Below, piece by piece: positions 1-9,563 of a stretch of DNA of 64,000 nucleotides. Made by a program: the position numbers and the translations under genes. Under the pieces are notes generated by a model. The model ran no database searches. It was not told the DNA's origin and was given only the letters and a program-made list of their open reading frames with translations. Each line of letters begins with the position of its first letter. Position 1 is the first letter of the stretch. The DNA comes from a bacterium (lineage in GTDB: Bacteria > Zhuqueibacterota > QNDG01 > DSAB01): positions 129,142 through 193,141 of the forward strand of contig JAFGDT010000086.1 in assembly GCA_016931965.1 (NCBI GenBank). The letters run 5' to 3'.

Positions 1-129
1 TACAGCGATTCTTTTACCCGTAGGTTATTTTGGTCGAAGGTAAAAATCAGACAAAAAAAAGAAGAGAATAAAAAAATATAAGCATATTTGTGCACTTCAT
101 CCATTGAATCACTTGTTGAGGGAAGAGAT

Positions 130-666
130 ATGAAAAAGAAATTCGGCAAGACTGTGATTGAATTGATAGAAGGTGATATTACGGAAATGAACACGGATGC
201 GATTGTGAATGCGGCGAACTCACAGCTGGCACACGGAGGCGGCGTGGCCGGAGCGATTGTCAAAAAGGGAGGCGCCATCATCCAGGAGGAGAGTGATATA
301 TGGATCCTTGCCCGAGGGGAAGTTCCTGTAGGATCGGCAGCGATTACAACTGGTGGCCAGCTTCCCGCCCGGTACGTGATCCATGCCGTGGGACCGAGGA
401 TGGGAGAAGGCGGAGAAGATGATAAGCTGGTCATGGCAACATTAAGCAGCCTTGAAATGGCTGACAGGCACGGACTCAAATCCATAGCCTTTCCAGCGGT
501 CAGCACAGGGATTTTCGGATATCCCATCGACCGGTGTGCACACATCATGCTCTCAACTGTAATGGAATATATTCGGGAAGAGACAGCGCTTGAAAGGGTG
601 GTTTTCTGTCTCTTTGGGAAAGAGGCTTTTAATATATTTAAAAAAGCCTTTGAAGGATTGAAGTAA
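130..666 (+). CDS. Macro domain protein (O-acetyl-ADP-ribose deacetylase / ADP-ribosylhydrolase, YmdB-like)
   Basis: Motifs GDIT, DAIVNAAN, GGGVAGAI, VIHAVGP, SIAFPAVSTGIFGYP. ATG at 130 with a purine-rich RBS is preferred over TTG at 88. Confidence 0.93.
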   Translation: MKKKFGKTVIELIEGDITEMNTDAIVNAANSQLAHGGGVAGAIVKKGGAIIQEESDIWILARGEVPVGSAAITTGGQLPARYVIHAVGPRMGEGGEDDKLVMATLSSLEMADRHGLKSIAFPAVSTGIFGYPIDRCAHIMLSTVMEYIREETALERVVFCLFGKEAFNIFKKAFEGLK

Positions 667-754
667 CATCCAATTTTTATTTAACAAATTGAATCAACAT
701 AATAGAAAGATAAAAATTTACTGTTAAATGTGTTTGATGAGACAAAAGAGCAAA

Positions 755-780
755 GTCACACTGAGCGTAGTTGAAGTGTG
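755..780 (+). repeat. REP-like palindrome of the GTCAyyCTGAGCG..GAAG family
   Basis: gtcacactgagcgtagttgaagtgtg resembles gtcattctgagcggagtcgaagaat at 57393 and inverted copies at 39982-40015 and 61551-61577. Confidence 0.6.
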
Positions 781-940
781 AAATTCAAATAACAAGATCC
801 CAAACTCAAATAAGTACCAATACTACCAAGAAGATCCCAAATCCCAATATTACCAAATCAAATTTTTAAATACTTTTTGGATTTGGTACGTGGGATTTAT
901 TTGGTGTTTTGTAGTATTTGGATTTTGGATTTATTTTTTT
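781..940. repeat. Strand-asymmetric imperfect hairpin element (CAAAT-rich arm then ATTTG-rich arm), copy A
   Basis: An A/C-rich arm is followed by a complementary G/T-rich arm. 801-858 matches 40095-40152 with 5 mismatches in 58 nt. Confidence 0.8.
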
Positions 941-981
941 ATGTTTTTTTGCCTTATCATAATACTATTCCCTATTTTCCA

Positions 982-1836
982 TCAGACCCACTCTTCCTTT
1001 AAAATCTCTCCCTGTCTGCTGACGACAATACATTTTAACGGAACTTTTCGAGACGCATTTTCCGCCGCTTTTTTGGCCAGGCTGAGTAGACCACTGCAGC
1101 AGGGAACCTCCATGATGATTACGGTCAATGTGTTGATCTTTGCCTGATCGATCAGTGCGGTGACCTTTGCCAGATAGATATCCTGACCTTCATCCAATTT
1201 GGGACAGGCAATGGCCAGGGTCTTGCCTTTTAAAAACTTCTGGTGAAAACCGCCCAAAGCATAGGCCACACAATCGGCGGCCAGAATCAGATCCGATCCC
1301 TGAAAATGGGATGACATGGGAGAAATCAGATGGAGCTGAACCGGCCAGTGACTCAACATGGACGGGCTATCCACCAGAGATACTGCTGATGCACTCTGGA
1401 CAGACGAAAAAGAAAAGGCTTTCGATCCGGGACATCCGCCGTTCATATGTGCATGGGATGGATGACCAGATTCCTGCAGAACTGTTTCGGGGACTTTAAT
1501 ACTTTTCTCTTTCAAAACCATGATGGCCTCCTTTAGAAGATTCTCTTCATTATGTTCTTTCAGATGGATCAAATGGGCGTGAACGACATTGGGCCCTTGC
1601 TTGATGATGTTCTCCATTACCTTCCGTTCATCGTAAGGTTCCGCCTCCCGTTCCCCAATGGTGATGGCCCCTTCCGGACAATGACCGAGACAGGCACCGA
1701 GACCATCGCAAAACAAATCGCTGATCAACCTGGCTTTTACATCGATCATCTGTATCGCTCCCTCGGGGCAGTTGGGAATACAGAGACCGCATCCCGTGCA
1801 TTTTTCTTCATCGATATGGATAATCTTTCTTTTCAT
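982..1836 (-). CDS. 4Fe-4S dicluster ferredoxin-domain protein with Cys-rich C-terminal domain
   Basis: CTGCGLCIPNCP and CDGLGACLGHCP; C-terminal GGCPGS, WPVQLHL, AADC, ACPKLD, MEVPCC motifs. Confidence 0.85.
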   Translation of the reverse strand: MKRKIIHIDEEKCTGCGLCIPNCPEGAIQMIDVKARLISDLFCDGLGACLGHCPEGAITIGEREAEPYDERKVMENIIKQGPNVVHAHLIHLKEHNEENLLKEAIMVLKEKSIKVPETVLQESGHPSHAHMNGGCPGSKAFSFSSVQSASAVSLVDSPSMLSHWPVQLHLISPMSSHFQGSDLILAADCVAYALGGFHQKFLKGKTLAIACPKLDEGQDIYLAKVTALIDQAKINTLTVIIMEVPCCSGLLSLAKKAAENASRKVPLKCIVVSRQGEILKEEWV

Positions 1837-1906
1837 GATTGCTTCCCTTTCAAATCAAAGATTCACTTTTCAAGGATAAAATATATTTTACCTTTCAAGA
1901 AATTTC

Positions 1907-1922
1907 CTTGATTTAAATCAAG
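1907..1922. promoter_or_regulatory. FNR/Dnr-type operator TTGAT-N4-ATCAA
   Basis: Perfect 16-bp palindrome cTTGATttaaATCAAg between the divergent Fe-S gene and the Crp/Fnr regulator. Confidence 0.85.
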
Positions 1923-1942
1923 AAAAGTGTATTTTTTTCTTT

Positions 1943-2584
1943 ATGCATATCAATCCCATTTCGATCATTGAACAGGCCGATTACTTTAAAAATTTGAGCG
2001 CTCAAAACAAACGCCGACTGGCCGATATCTGTCTCCTGAAAAATCTCAACAAGAAAGAGATCCTATTTTTGGAAGGGGACAAGGGGCATGCACTTTATCT
2101 CTGCGCTTTTGGATCAATTCAGCTTCACAAAACATCGCCCGAAGGTCAGGAAGTGGTCATTAAAGTGGTACGGGCTGGGGAAATATTCGGAGAGGTGATT
2201 CTATTTGAAAAGGAGCGATATCCGGTGACAGCAATCACCCTGGAAAAAAGTGCTGTTTTCATCCTGCCGAAAGCCCAATTCCTCTGCCTTCTTGAAGACA
2301 GTTATTTTAAAAAAGATTTCATTGCCAATCTGATGGCCAAGATGAGATATCTTGCGGAACAGGTACAGTATTTAACCTCATATGATGTCGAAGCCCGTCT
2401 TTTCCGGTTTCTCAAAGAGCAAGCCGGAAATAAAGAAGCGATGAAAATCGATCTTTCTAAAAAGGATGTCGCCTCAGCCATTGGGACCACACCGGAAACG
2501 CTTTCCCGGTTGTTATCAAGGCTCAAAGATGAAAAGAAATTGATCTGGGAAGGAAACAGAATTCAATTCAATCCAAAAATATAA
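1943..2584 (+). CDS. Crp/Fnr family transcriptional regulator (Dnr/HcpR-like)
   Basis: cNMP-binding fold (GEIFGE) and HTH with the GTTPETLSR recognition helix; no FNR-type N-terminal Cys cluster. Confidence 0.92.
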   Translation: MHINPISIIEQADYFKNLSAQNKRRLADICLLKNLNKKEILFLEGDKGHALYLCAFGSIQLHKTSPEGQEVVIKVVRAGEIFGEVILFEKERYPVTAITLEKSAVFILPKAQFLCLLEDSYFKKDFIANLMAKMRYLAEQVQYLTSYDVEARLFRFLKEQAGNKEAMKIDLSKKDVASAIGTTPETLSRLLSRLKDEKKLIWEGNRIQFNPKI

Positions 2585-2628
2585 TCAACAAAACAAAGGA
2601 ATGAAAGTATCATTTGTGGGAGGGAATC

Positions 2629-3954
2629 ATGCTCGAAAAACTATTCAAATTGCAGGAAAAGGGAACCACTATCCGCATTGAAGTGATTGGGGGAATAACC
2701 ACATTTATGACCATGGCCTACATTATTTTTGTCAATCCGGCCATCCTCTCTGTCGATTTTGCGGGGAATCCGACGGGCCTTTCCCTCGAAGCAGCGATGC
2801 TGGCAACCTGCCTGGCTGCATTTGTGGCAACCACACTCATGGGCTTGTACGCCAATTTCCCCATTGCACAGGCTCCTGGCATGGGGGAGAATTTTTTCTT
2901 CGTCAGCGTGGTAATGACTTTGACTGCGATGGGCGTGGCCGATTCGTGGAAGGTCACTCTCAGCATCACGCTCATCGCCGGATTGATCTTTCTGATTCTC
3001 TCATTATTAAAATTCCGAAAAGCCATCATAGATGCGGTGAGTCCCAGTTTGAAGAATGGGATTGCTGTCGGGATCGGGCTTTTAATTGCCTTTATCGGTT
3101 TCCAGAACGGTCAAGTGATTTTGGGATCTGAAGGCACACTGGTCCAGTTCAATACAAATCTCCTCCAGGCAGAGCCGATTATATTCTTTTTTGGTCTCTT
3201 TTTTACAGCCGCCCTTTTTGTCCGGCATGTCCGAGGAGCAATCATCTGGGGCATTCTGCTGACCACGTTAATATCAATCATTGCTGGAAAAGTACAATAT
3301 TCAGGGATCATCGGATTACCCCAGGATCACGCCTTTTTCAGGTTTGATCTGATTGGCGCTTTAAAAGTTACCTGTATCCCTTTCATTGTGGTCTTTCTCT
3401 TTATGGACATGTTTGATACGGTCGGAACACTCATCGGTGTGGGAGAACAGATGGGGATTATGGAAGACAACAAGCTGCCCGGAGCCAACCGGGCATTGAT
3501 TTCAGACGCGGTGGGTACAGTGGTTGGATCCTGTACGGGTACCAGCACGGTGACTTCGTTTATCGAAAGTGTTGTCGGTGTGCAATACGGTGCGCGAACG
3601 GGACTGGCAAGTGTTATAACAGGTCTATTGTTCTTGGTCGCTCTGTTTTTCACCCCCATTGTCGGCATGGTGGGCCGGTATCTACCGATTACGGCTCCTG
3701 CATTGGTGATTGTGGGTGCCATGATGGTGCGAAATGTCCATAAGATTGACTGGGAAGATTATTCGGAAGCCATCCCCGCATTCCTGATGATACTGGGAAT
3801 TCCTTTGAGTTACAATATCCATGACGGTCTGGCTATGGGATTCATCGCCTATCCGGTCATCAAATTGCTTGCCGGCCGGGGAAAGGAGATCAACTGGCTG
3901 ATCGGTCTTGTAGCGGTCCTGTTTATTCTGAGGTATGTTCTGGTTAAAATCTGA
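2629..3954 (+). CDS. NCS2/AzgA family purine permease
   Basis: TTFMTMAYIIFVNP, APGMG, DMFDTVGTL, ESVVGV..GARTGL; many TM helices; ATG at 2629. Confidence 0.92.
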   Translation: MLEKLFKLQEKGTTIRIEVIGGITTFMTMAYIIFVNPAILSVDFAGNPTGLSLEAAMLATCLAAFVATTLMGLYANFPIAQAPGMGENFFFVSVVMTLTAMGVADSWKVTLSITLIAGLIFLILSLLKFRKAIIDAVSPSLKNGIAVGIGLLIAFIGFQNGQVILGSEGTLVQFNTNLLQAEPIIFFFGLFFTAALFVRHVRGAIIWGILLTTLISIIAGKVQYSGIIGLPQDHAFFRFDLIGALKVTCIPFIVVFLFMDMFDTVGTLIGVGEQMGIMEDNKLPGANRALISDAVGTVVGSCTGTSTVTSFIESVVGVQYGARTGLASVITGLLFLVALFFTPIVGMVGRYLPITAPALVIVGAMMVRNVHKIDWEDYSEAIPAFLMILGIPLSYNIHDGLAMGFIAYPVIKLLAGRGKEINWLIGLVAVLFILRYVLVKI

Positions 3955-3971
3955 TAGGATTATTTTAATTG

Positions 3972-4093
3972 GTCTGAACCAGGATTCATAGGATTAAAAG
4001 ATGACCTGGATTCAAGCAAAATTTCGAAACACTGAAATATAACACATTGTTATATCCTGTAAATCCAATAATCGTAAAAATCCTGGTTCAGAC
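3972..4093. repeat. MITE/REP-like element with perfect 15-bp terminal inverted repeats GTCTGAACCAGGATT
   Basis: gtctgaaccaggatt at 3972-3986 and aatcctggttcagac at 4079-4093; internal GGATT/AATCC units about 9 nt apart; half copies at 6771-6811 and 16341-16380. Confidence 0.8.
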
Positions 4094-4099
4094 AATAAC

Positions 4100-4129
4100 C
4101 TTCTGGTACCCACGATCTGCGTGGGTGCC
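4100..4129 (+). repeat. REP-like palindrome CTTCTGGTACCCACG..TGCGTGGG
   Basis: Near-identical copy at 6883-6912, partial copy at 6831-6848, inverted diverged copy at 33325-33354. Confidence 0.8.
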
Positions 4130-4142
4130 TTTTTTTAATCGG

Positions 4143-6323
4143 TCAATACTCAATCCCCACTGTGAAACGAAATTCCCTCCCCGGCAATGGATACCCGTCA
4201 GTGAGAAAAATCATTTTGTTCATTAAATTCAAACCTTGAAGTCTTACACCGATCTTCAATCCTGAGATCGCGATGGCCGTTCCTATATTCCCGTCTAAAA
4301 TTTGATAACCATCCAGGCTCGTCAAATTGTCTGCTGTCGTGTAGGACTTGCTCACAACTCTGTAATTGAGATTGCCATAAAAAGGCCCCAGTTTTGTACC
4401 CACAAGAATATCCCATTTGTTTTCTGGCCTGTAGATCAACCATTTACCCTTGTTTCCGGAACCTTTTGTTTCATTTGTGGCTTTCATTCTTGTGTAATTG
4501 ATATGGATATAGGCCATTTCTGAAGGCAATCTGAATTGAATTTCGCTTTCGATACCCCTGATTTTTGCTATGCCTACATTGGTCGGACGCCAGATCCAGT
4601 CCGTGCCTGATGCCCATGCAATCAAATCTTTGATATGATTGTTAAAATAGGTGACCTCTATCTGGAAAAATCCCCTTCCATAATTCGAGAAGAGAACGCC
4701 AACATCAAAGTTGGTGCCCTTCTCAGGATCCAGATCGGGATTGCCTTCTGTATAGGCATCTGCCGGCCAGTAAAGATCGTTAAATGTGGGTACCCGATAC
4801 GACTTGCCCACATTGCCTTTTAAAGCAAAATGCGTATTTTGCCCCGTATTGACCATGACACCCAGTTTGGGTGATGTACTGGAACCGACATCGCTGTAAT
4901 CGTCCCACCGAATGGCTGGAATCCAGATCCAGCGTGTCATTCCCAAATCATGCTTCAGTTCGATTTGCCCAAAAAGACTTTTCATCGTACGGCTGTCGAC
5001 ACGGATAAATTTATTGCTTGAAAGATCATCTTTTTGATAATTGATCCCGCCCGTAACTGTCAAATGGTTGCTCATCGTATAGATTCCCTGAACCTCGGCG
5101 CTGAGAGATTTATTCTTGTGAAGATCGTCGGTCGGTGGCCAATCATCCGGATTCATATAATGATAGTCGTAGGTGTGATATCCAGCCTGTTCTTTAAGAT
5201 AAAATCGGTTGGTAATCCGATTCTCAGATTCAACGATCAAAGCATTTCGCTTGATGTCGGACCGCGCAAGGGGGGTTGTTTGCGGCAGATCCGTCCAAGG
5301 ACTGACATTCACATTGCCAGCATTGCCGTTTCGGGTATGATAATAATGATAAACAACCTGAAATGTATTCAGTGTATTGATCTTCACCTTGCTTTTAAGG
5401 AATATATTGTCGGTTCTGGAATCATTATTAATCCGTTTTTCCAGGATTCCGGATTGGGGATCCTTGTACTTGAAATCACCGTCACTCTGTGTGCGGTTAT
5501 AACTTGCAAAAAGTGATAATGGCCCCAGCTGTTGCGATCCGCTGACCGTATAGATCTGTGTACCGAATGAACCCAGTGTCGTGTTTACGTCATAATTGAA
5601 TCCTTTCAGACCGACGATATCATTGGAGAGCAAATGAATCGCCCCACCGACAGCATCAGATCCCAAAAGCGCTGAATGACCGCCTTTGATAACCTCCACA
5701 CGTTGAACAGTGGCAAGCGGAATGGTGTTAAGATCCACACCACCCCCCTGAACCGTGTTCAACCGCATGCCATCCATGAGTACAAGCACCTGAGCCGCTT
5801 CCGATCCGCGGATGGAAGGTGTATTCAAACCAGCAAAACCATCATATCTGTTTGCATAAACACCGCTGATGGATTGGACAATTTCACCGGTCGTATTCCC
5901 GCTTAGTTCTTGCATGCGGATTTGTGTGAGAACGTCGATCGCAACCGTCACATTGGATTGACGGTGTTCGGACAGCGTGGCCGTGATCACCACTGGATCA
6001 AATTCAATGGCCTTGGGTTCCAGTTCAACATGAAGGAATTTTTCTTCAGGGATCAAAACGTCTTTGACCATAATGGTGAATCCAATAACGCTGACCTGAA
6101 TTTGCTGTCTTCCCTCGGGAAGGTTGTTCAAGAAATAAAAGCCGCCATCTTTTGAAACAGTACCCATTTTCGTATTGAGAACCACGATATTGGCATCCGG
6201 TATCGGTTGGCCTGTTTCTTTGTTGGTTATCGTCCCCGACAACTGTCCCCCAGCAGCCAGAACAGATTGCGTCACAAAGACCACTGCAAGTAAAAAAAAT
6301 CGTGCTGTTTTGTGTTTTAACAT
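4143..6323 (-). CDS. btuB: TonB-dependent receptor, BtuB-like (putative cobalamin uptake)
   Basis: Signal peptide, N-terminal carboxypeptidase-regulatory-like domain, plug motifs (IRG, VLVLMDG, RVEVIKG), PTFNDLYW, GNPDLDPE, C-terminal aromatic residue; preceded by a cobalamin riboswitch. Confidence 0.85.
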   Translation of the reverse strand: MLKHKTARFFLLAVVFVTQSVLAAGGQLSGTITNKETGQPIPDANIVVLNTKMGTVSKDGGFYFLNNLPEGRQQIQVSVIGFTIMVKDVLIPEEKFLHVELEPKAIEFDPVVITATLSEHRQSNVTVAIDVLTQIRMQELSGNTTGEIVQSISGVYANRYDGFAGLNTPSIRGSEAAQVLVLMDGMRLNTVQGGGVDLNTIPLATVQRVEVIKGGHSALLGSDAVGGAIHLLSNDIVGLKGFNYDVNTTLGSFGTQIYTVSGSQQLGPLSLFASYNRTQSDGDFKYKDPQSGILEKRINNDSRTDNIFLKSKVKINTLNTFQVVYHYYHTRNGNAGNVNVSPWTDLPQTTPLARSDIKRNALIVESENRITNRFYLKEQAGYHTYDYHYMNPDDWPPTDDLHKNKSLSAEVQGIYTMSNHLTVTGGINYQKDDLSSNKFIRVDSRTMKSLFGQIELKHDLGMTRWIWIPAIRWDDYSDVGSSTSPKLGVMVNTGQNTHFALKGNVGKSYRVPTFNDLYWPADAYTEGNPDLDPEKGTNFDVGVLFSNYGRGFFQIEVTYFNNHIKDLIAWASGTDWIWRPTNVGIAKIRGIESEIQFRLPSEMAYIHINYTRMKATNETKGSGNKGKWLIYRPENKWDILVGTKLGPFYGNLNYRVVSKSYTTADNLTSLDGYQILDGNIGTAIAISGLKIGVRLQGLNLMNKMIFLTDGYPLPGREFRFTVGIEY

Positions 6324-6367
6324 TTGGAATCTCCTTCTTAACTGATTTGAGGGTCAATGAAACCAAC

Positions 6368-6399
6368 AAAAAACCCCAACCCTTCTAACTGGTTGGGGT
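6368..6399 (-). terminator. Intrinsic terminator in the riboswitch expression platform
   Basis: Minus strand ACCCCAACC-loop-GGTTGGGGT followed by a U tract, between the riboswitch and the btuB start. Confidence 0.8.
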
Positions 6400-6459
6400 A
6401 TCATGATTCTGAATTGATCAGTCAAACCTCGCCCTCGAAGGTTGATTTGACAATTCATT

Positions 6460-6655
6460 CCATGGCAGGTCTCCTGGCTTAGGGTTTATGGTAGAACGTC
6501 ATGCCTTCCCATCTGCATTGTGCTGACAGTGGCTTCTCGCTCTGTTTTAATATTCAGGCTTAGAGATGACGCCTCTCACCCATCACAGTTGCGGGGCAGC
6601 TCCCGATTCTCACGGGATTCCCTATTCTTTCCAAAATACTGGAACACCATTGAAT
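6460..6655 (-). ncRNA. Cobalamin (B12) riboswitch
   Basis: Minus strand shows, in order, AGGGAAtcccgtgagaatcggg, GCCCCGCAACTGT, GCCACTG, GGGAAGGC and the B12 box AAGCCAGGAGACCTGCC. Confidence 0.95.
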
Positions 6656-6770
6656 GGCTATTTCAAAGAGCACCGACTTAATATATAAAATAGAATGTGG
6701 ATATGCAAGTTTAAAATCGTGTAATTTTCAAGAAAATTTTCACTCAGCAGGAATTCCTGCACCTCCAAAT

Positions 6771-6912
6771 GTCTGAACCAGGATTTGTAGGATTCAAAGA
6801 TTACATTGATTAAACTGAACTAGAAAGTTACTGGCACCTACGCTCTGCCACGGCGGTTTCCGAATCGATCCGTTAATATTTACTTCTGGTACCCACGCTC
6901 TGCGTGGGAAGC
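6771..6912 (+). repeat. Composite repeat cluster (GTCTGAACCAGGATT half element plus CCCACG REP copies)
   Basis: Same two repeat families, in the same order, as at 3972-4129. Confidence 0.75.
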
Positions 6913-6929
6913 TTTACCTTACTTTCAAT

Positions 6930-7844
6930 TTATTGGATAATGTGGCCCATTCGACCTATTCGAATCGACGCCAATTTTCCAAATACATTCCAGGCTGGAA
7001 TATTCCCGTTCCAGGACCAGTAAATGAAAATCGGTTTACCAATAATTTGATGACGCTTCACAGTCCCCCAGTCCCGGCTGTCCAGGGAATTATCCCGATA
7101 ATCCCCCAACACAAAGTATTCATCAGAAGGAACGATCACCGGTCCGTAGTAATCGCGATCAAGAGATCTTTGTTGAACATTGGGATCGATGATTTTGATA
7201 TAAGGTTCAGCGACTGGCCGACCGTTGATTATGAGCACTTTGTCTCTGATTTCAAGCGTATCACCCGGCATCCCGACAATCCGTTTAATATAATTGATCC
7301 TTTCATCTTCTGGATATTTCATGATCACGACTTCACCTCTCGCCGGATTGGTCGTTCGATAGTAAAGCTGATTACTCAGCAAGAAATCACCATTCAGGAG
7401 CGTCGGTTCCATCGATCCGGTCGGGATACGAAAAGGTTTGATGATATTCTCTCTGACCGCATTGGAAACGGAATAATCAACAGCCAGAGAGATGATGATG
7501 ACGAAAAGATAGATGATCCATTTATTATAGGGTTTTAAACCATTTTCCATTGGCCGTTTTCTTGAGGTTTTAATCGCCTCAACGATAATACAAAGATGCG
7601 CAGAAACAGAAACCAGCAGGATGATGAAAAGGAGTGCGATGTTGATTCGACTGATCGGCTGTTTCATCATATGAAAGATGAAACTAAAAACAACACCTCC
7701 CCACAGAGTAATCAGAAAATTGAAAAACAATCCCTTTGTCGCCTGACCGTTATAAACCTGACCCAGACCGGGTACAAGATAGCTGAACAAACCCGCTATC
7801 CACCATTTTCTTTTAATTAATTTGTTATGATCGTCCATGATCAT
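6930..7844 (-). CDS. lepB: Signal peptidase I with extra N-terminal membrane domain
   Basis: Catalytic GSMEPTL and YIKRIVG; GDYRDNSLDSR; N-terminal PGLGQVYNGQ plus TM helices. Confidence 0.92.
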   Translation of the reverse strand: MIMDDHNKLIKRKWWIAGLFSYLVPGLGQVYNGQATKGLFFNFLITLWGGVVFSFIFHMMKQPISRINIALLFIILLVSVSAHLCIIVEAIKTSRKRPMENGLKPYNKWIIYLFVIIISLAVDYSVSNAVRENIIKPFRIPTGSMEPTLLNGDFLLSNQLYYRTTNPARGEVVIMKYPEDERINYIKRIVGMPGDTLEIRDKVLIINGRPVAEPYIKIIDPNVQQRSLDRDYYGPVIVPSDEYFVLGDYRDNSLDSRDWGTVKRHQIIGKPIFIYWSWNGNIPAWNVFGKLASIRIGRMGHIIQ

Positions 7845-7941
7845 TTCCTTTCACAAATGACTTTTAAATTGAATTGTAAAGAGACATTTTTTCATATCCA
7901 CTCTCAGATAATGCCCTTTCTGAAAAATCATTGTTCTGATT

Positions 7942-8184
7942 TTAAAAACCGAGCGTAAATATAGACAGACAACGCCCCCACGAAAACCAGGTCGTTGGAA
8001 TCAAAAACTGCAGGATATAGGCGGCTGTGACGATGATACCGAGAATATCATCCCATTGAACGACTCTTTTCTTGGAAGGAATTTGAGCATGCGATCGTTG
8101 ACCGACGAGCGGAGGATCAAGTGTCTGCAGTGACTCGATCTGATCTTTGTAATATCGACGCAACCATTTGTTAAGCTTCATCAT
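7942..8184 (-). CDS. Small membrane protein, putative anti-sigma factor
   Basis: Overlaps the ECF sigma stop; soluble N-terminus and C-terminal TM segment. Confidence 0.55.
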   Translation of the reverse strand: MMKLNKWLRRYYKDQIESLQTLDPPLVGQRSHAQIPSKKRVVQWDDILGIIVTAAYILQFLIPTTWFSWGRCLSIFTLGF

Positions 8185-8731
8185 AGGATTCCAGTTCTTT
8201 TTTGATGGTTTGACGAATGTGATGGAGGCGGGATTTCACCGTCCCAGTGGGTATCTCCATAATTTGTGCGATATCCCTGCACTTCATGCCCTCATAGAAA
8301 CGTAAAAAGGCGATCTGACGCAAATCACAATCCAATGACTGAAGGGCTACATCAATATGCTGATGCAGTTCCTGGTTGAGCAATTGATGTTCGGGATTAT
8401 GTGAATGTGCATGGATATTTTCGATTGTTTCCCATTTCTCAACAGGGTGTAAATCAAGTTTCCGCTTTTTCAAATAGTTTATACAGTGATTTCTGGCAAT
8501 GGTGTATATCCAGGTATTAAAGGAATACCAGGGTTTGAAGCGATCGAGATTCTGATAGACCTTCATCATGATTTCCTGCAGCAGATCTTCGGCGTGATGG
8601 CGAATCATATTTTGAATAAAATAAAGCAGCGGTTTATAATACTTCATCCAGATGACATTGAATGCTTCCTGAGATGGTTTGAAACCCTGTGTTTGAAAAT
8701 AAAGTTGCCATGTCTCTAGCTGATTATGCAC
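8171..8731 (-). CDS. ECF family RNA polymerase sigma factor
   Basis: AEDLLQE, FNTWIYTIARNHCINYLK, region 4 DIAQIMEIPTGTVKSRLHH. Confidence 0.93.
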   Translation of the reverse strand: MHNQLETWQLYFQTQGFKPSQEAFNVIWMKYYKPLLYFIQNMIRHHAEDLLQEIMMKVYQNLDRFKPWYSFNTWIYTIARNHCINYLKKRKLDLHPVEKWETIENIHAHSHNPEHQLLNQELHQHIDVALQSLDCDLRQIAFLRFYEGMKCRDIAQIMEIPTGTVKSRLHHIRQTIKKELESYDEA

Positions 8732-8832
8732 ACGCTATCTCCATCTATCGATTTACACTAAGGTATACAATAAAAATGAAAAAGGGTTCAACTTTTTACT
8801 GAAATATTTTCAAGCCAACCGGAAAAACCCAT

Positions 8833-8873
8833 TTGACTTTTAAGAATAGATATTATAAATTAGGCATGCCTAA
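8833..8873 (+). promoter_or_regulatory. Sigma70-type promoter overlapped by a DtxR/MntR-type operator
   Basis: TTGACT(8833)-17 nt-TAAATT(8856); perfect palindrome TTAGGCATGCCTAA at 8860-8873 upstream of the DtxR-family gene. Confidence 0.75.
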
Positions 8874-8898
8874 CTTTGTTAGAGCCATCTAATTTCAG

Positions 8899-9288
8899 GT
8901 GAATGCAATGGCTTTAAAACTCACACAGAGTATGGAAGATTATTTGGAATCAATCCATCTGCTGGAGCTGGATCAGGGTAATGTGCGCATCAAAGATATA
9001 GCGGGAAAAATGGAGATCACAATGCCGAGTGTATCGAGTGCGATCAGAAATCTGGAAAAACACGGCTTGGTTTCCCATCCCCGTTATGATCTGGTCCTGT
9101 TGACACCAAAGGGAACCCAGATTGCCAAAGAGGTCTATCGACGGCATCGTATCATTCGCAATTTTCTCTCCAAAGTCCTGAGACTCAATGCGGACGTGGC
9201 GGATCGGGATGCCTGCTGTATGGAACATATCCTCAGCCCCGAAACATTTGAAAGTCTGATCCGCTATATGAAAGAAGAAAAAGAATAA
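8899..9288 (+). CDS. DtxR/MntR family metal-dependent transcriptional regulator
   Basis: LTQSMEDYLESI, wHTH, RRH, DACCMEH metal-binding motifs. Confidence 0.93.
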   Translation: MNAMALKLTQSMEDYLESIHLLELDQGNVRIKDIAGKMEITMPSVSSAIRNLEKHGLVSHPRYDLVLLTPKGTQIAKEVYRRHRIIRNFLSKVLRLNADVADRDACCMEHILSPETFESLIRYMKEEKE

Positions 9289-9327
9289 ATTCATCCAACA
9301 ATCATCCATTGTATCTTGAGGAATAAA

Positions 9328-9558
9328 ATGATTCAACCATTGACACTGGATCAGATAAAAAAAGACAAAGAGGTCGTTGTTGTTGAAATAAATGGAGGAT
9401 GGGGAGTACGTCAGCGACTCAACCAGATGGGCATCCATCCCAATGACCGAATCCAGATTAAGCGCAGTGGTGCAATGGGGGGACCCATTCTGATTCAAAT
9501 TCACGGAATAGAAGTAGCCATAGGCAGAGGCATGGCCAAAAAAATCGTTGTAAAATAA
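9328..9558 (+). CDS. feoA: Ferrous iron transport protein A
   Basis: RLNQMGI, GGPI, VAIGRGMAKKI; directly upstream of feoB. Confidence 0.92.
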   Translation: MIQPLTLDQIKKDKEVVVVEINGGWGVRQRLNQMGIHPNDRIQIKRSGAMGGPILIQIHGIEVAIGRGMAKKIVVK

Positions 9559-9563
9559 AACCG

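Noticed and set aside
1..81. Possible 3' end of an upstream CDS
   Set aside because: Only 26 open codons; too short to support a call.
781..940. CRISPR array or tandem repeat
   Set aside because: No constant repeat with unique spacers and no cas genes; it is an imperfect inverted repeat.
890..1147. Hydrophobic 85-aa ORF (also 40387-40758)
   Set aside because: The hydrophobic start is a translation of the T/G-rich repeat arm; the rest overlaps real features on the other strand.
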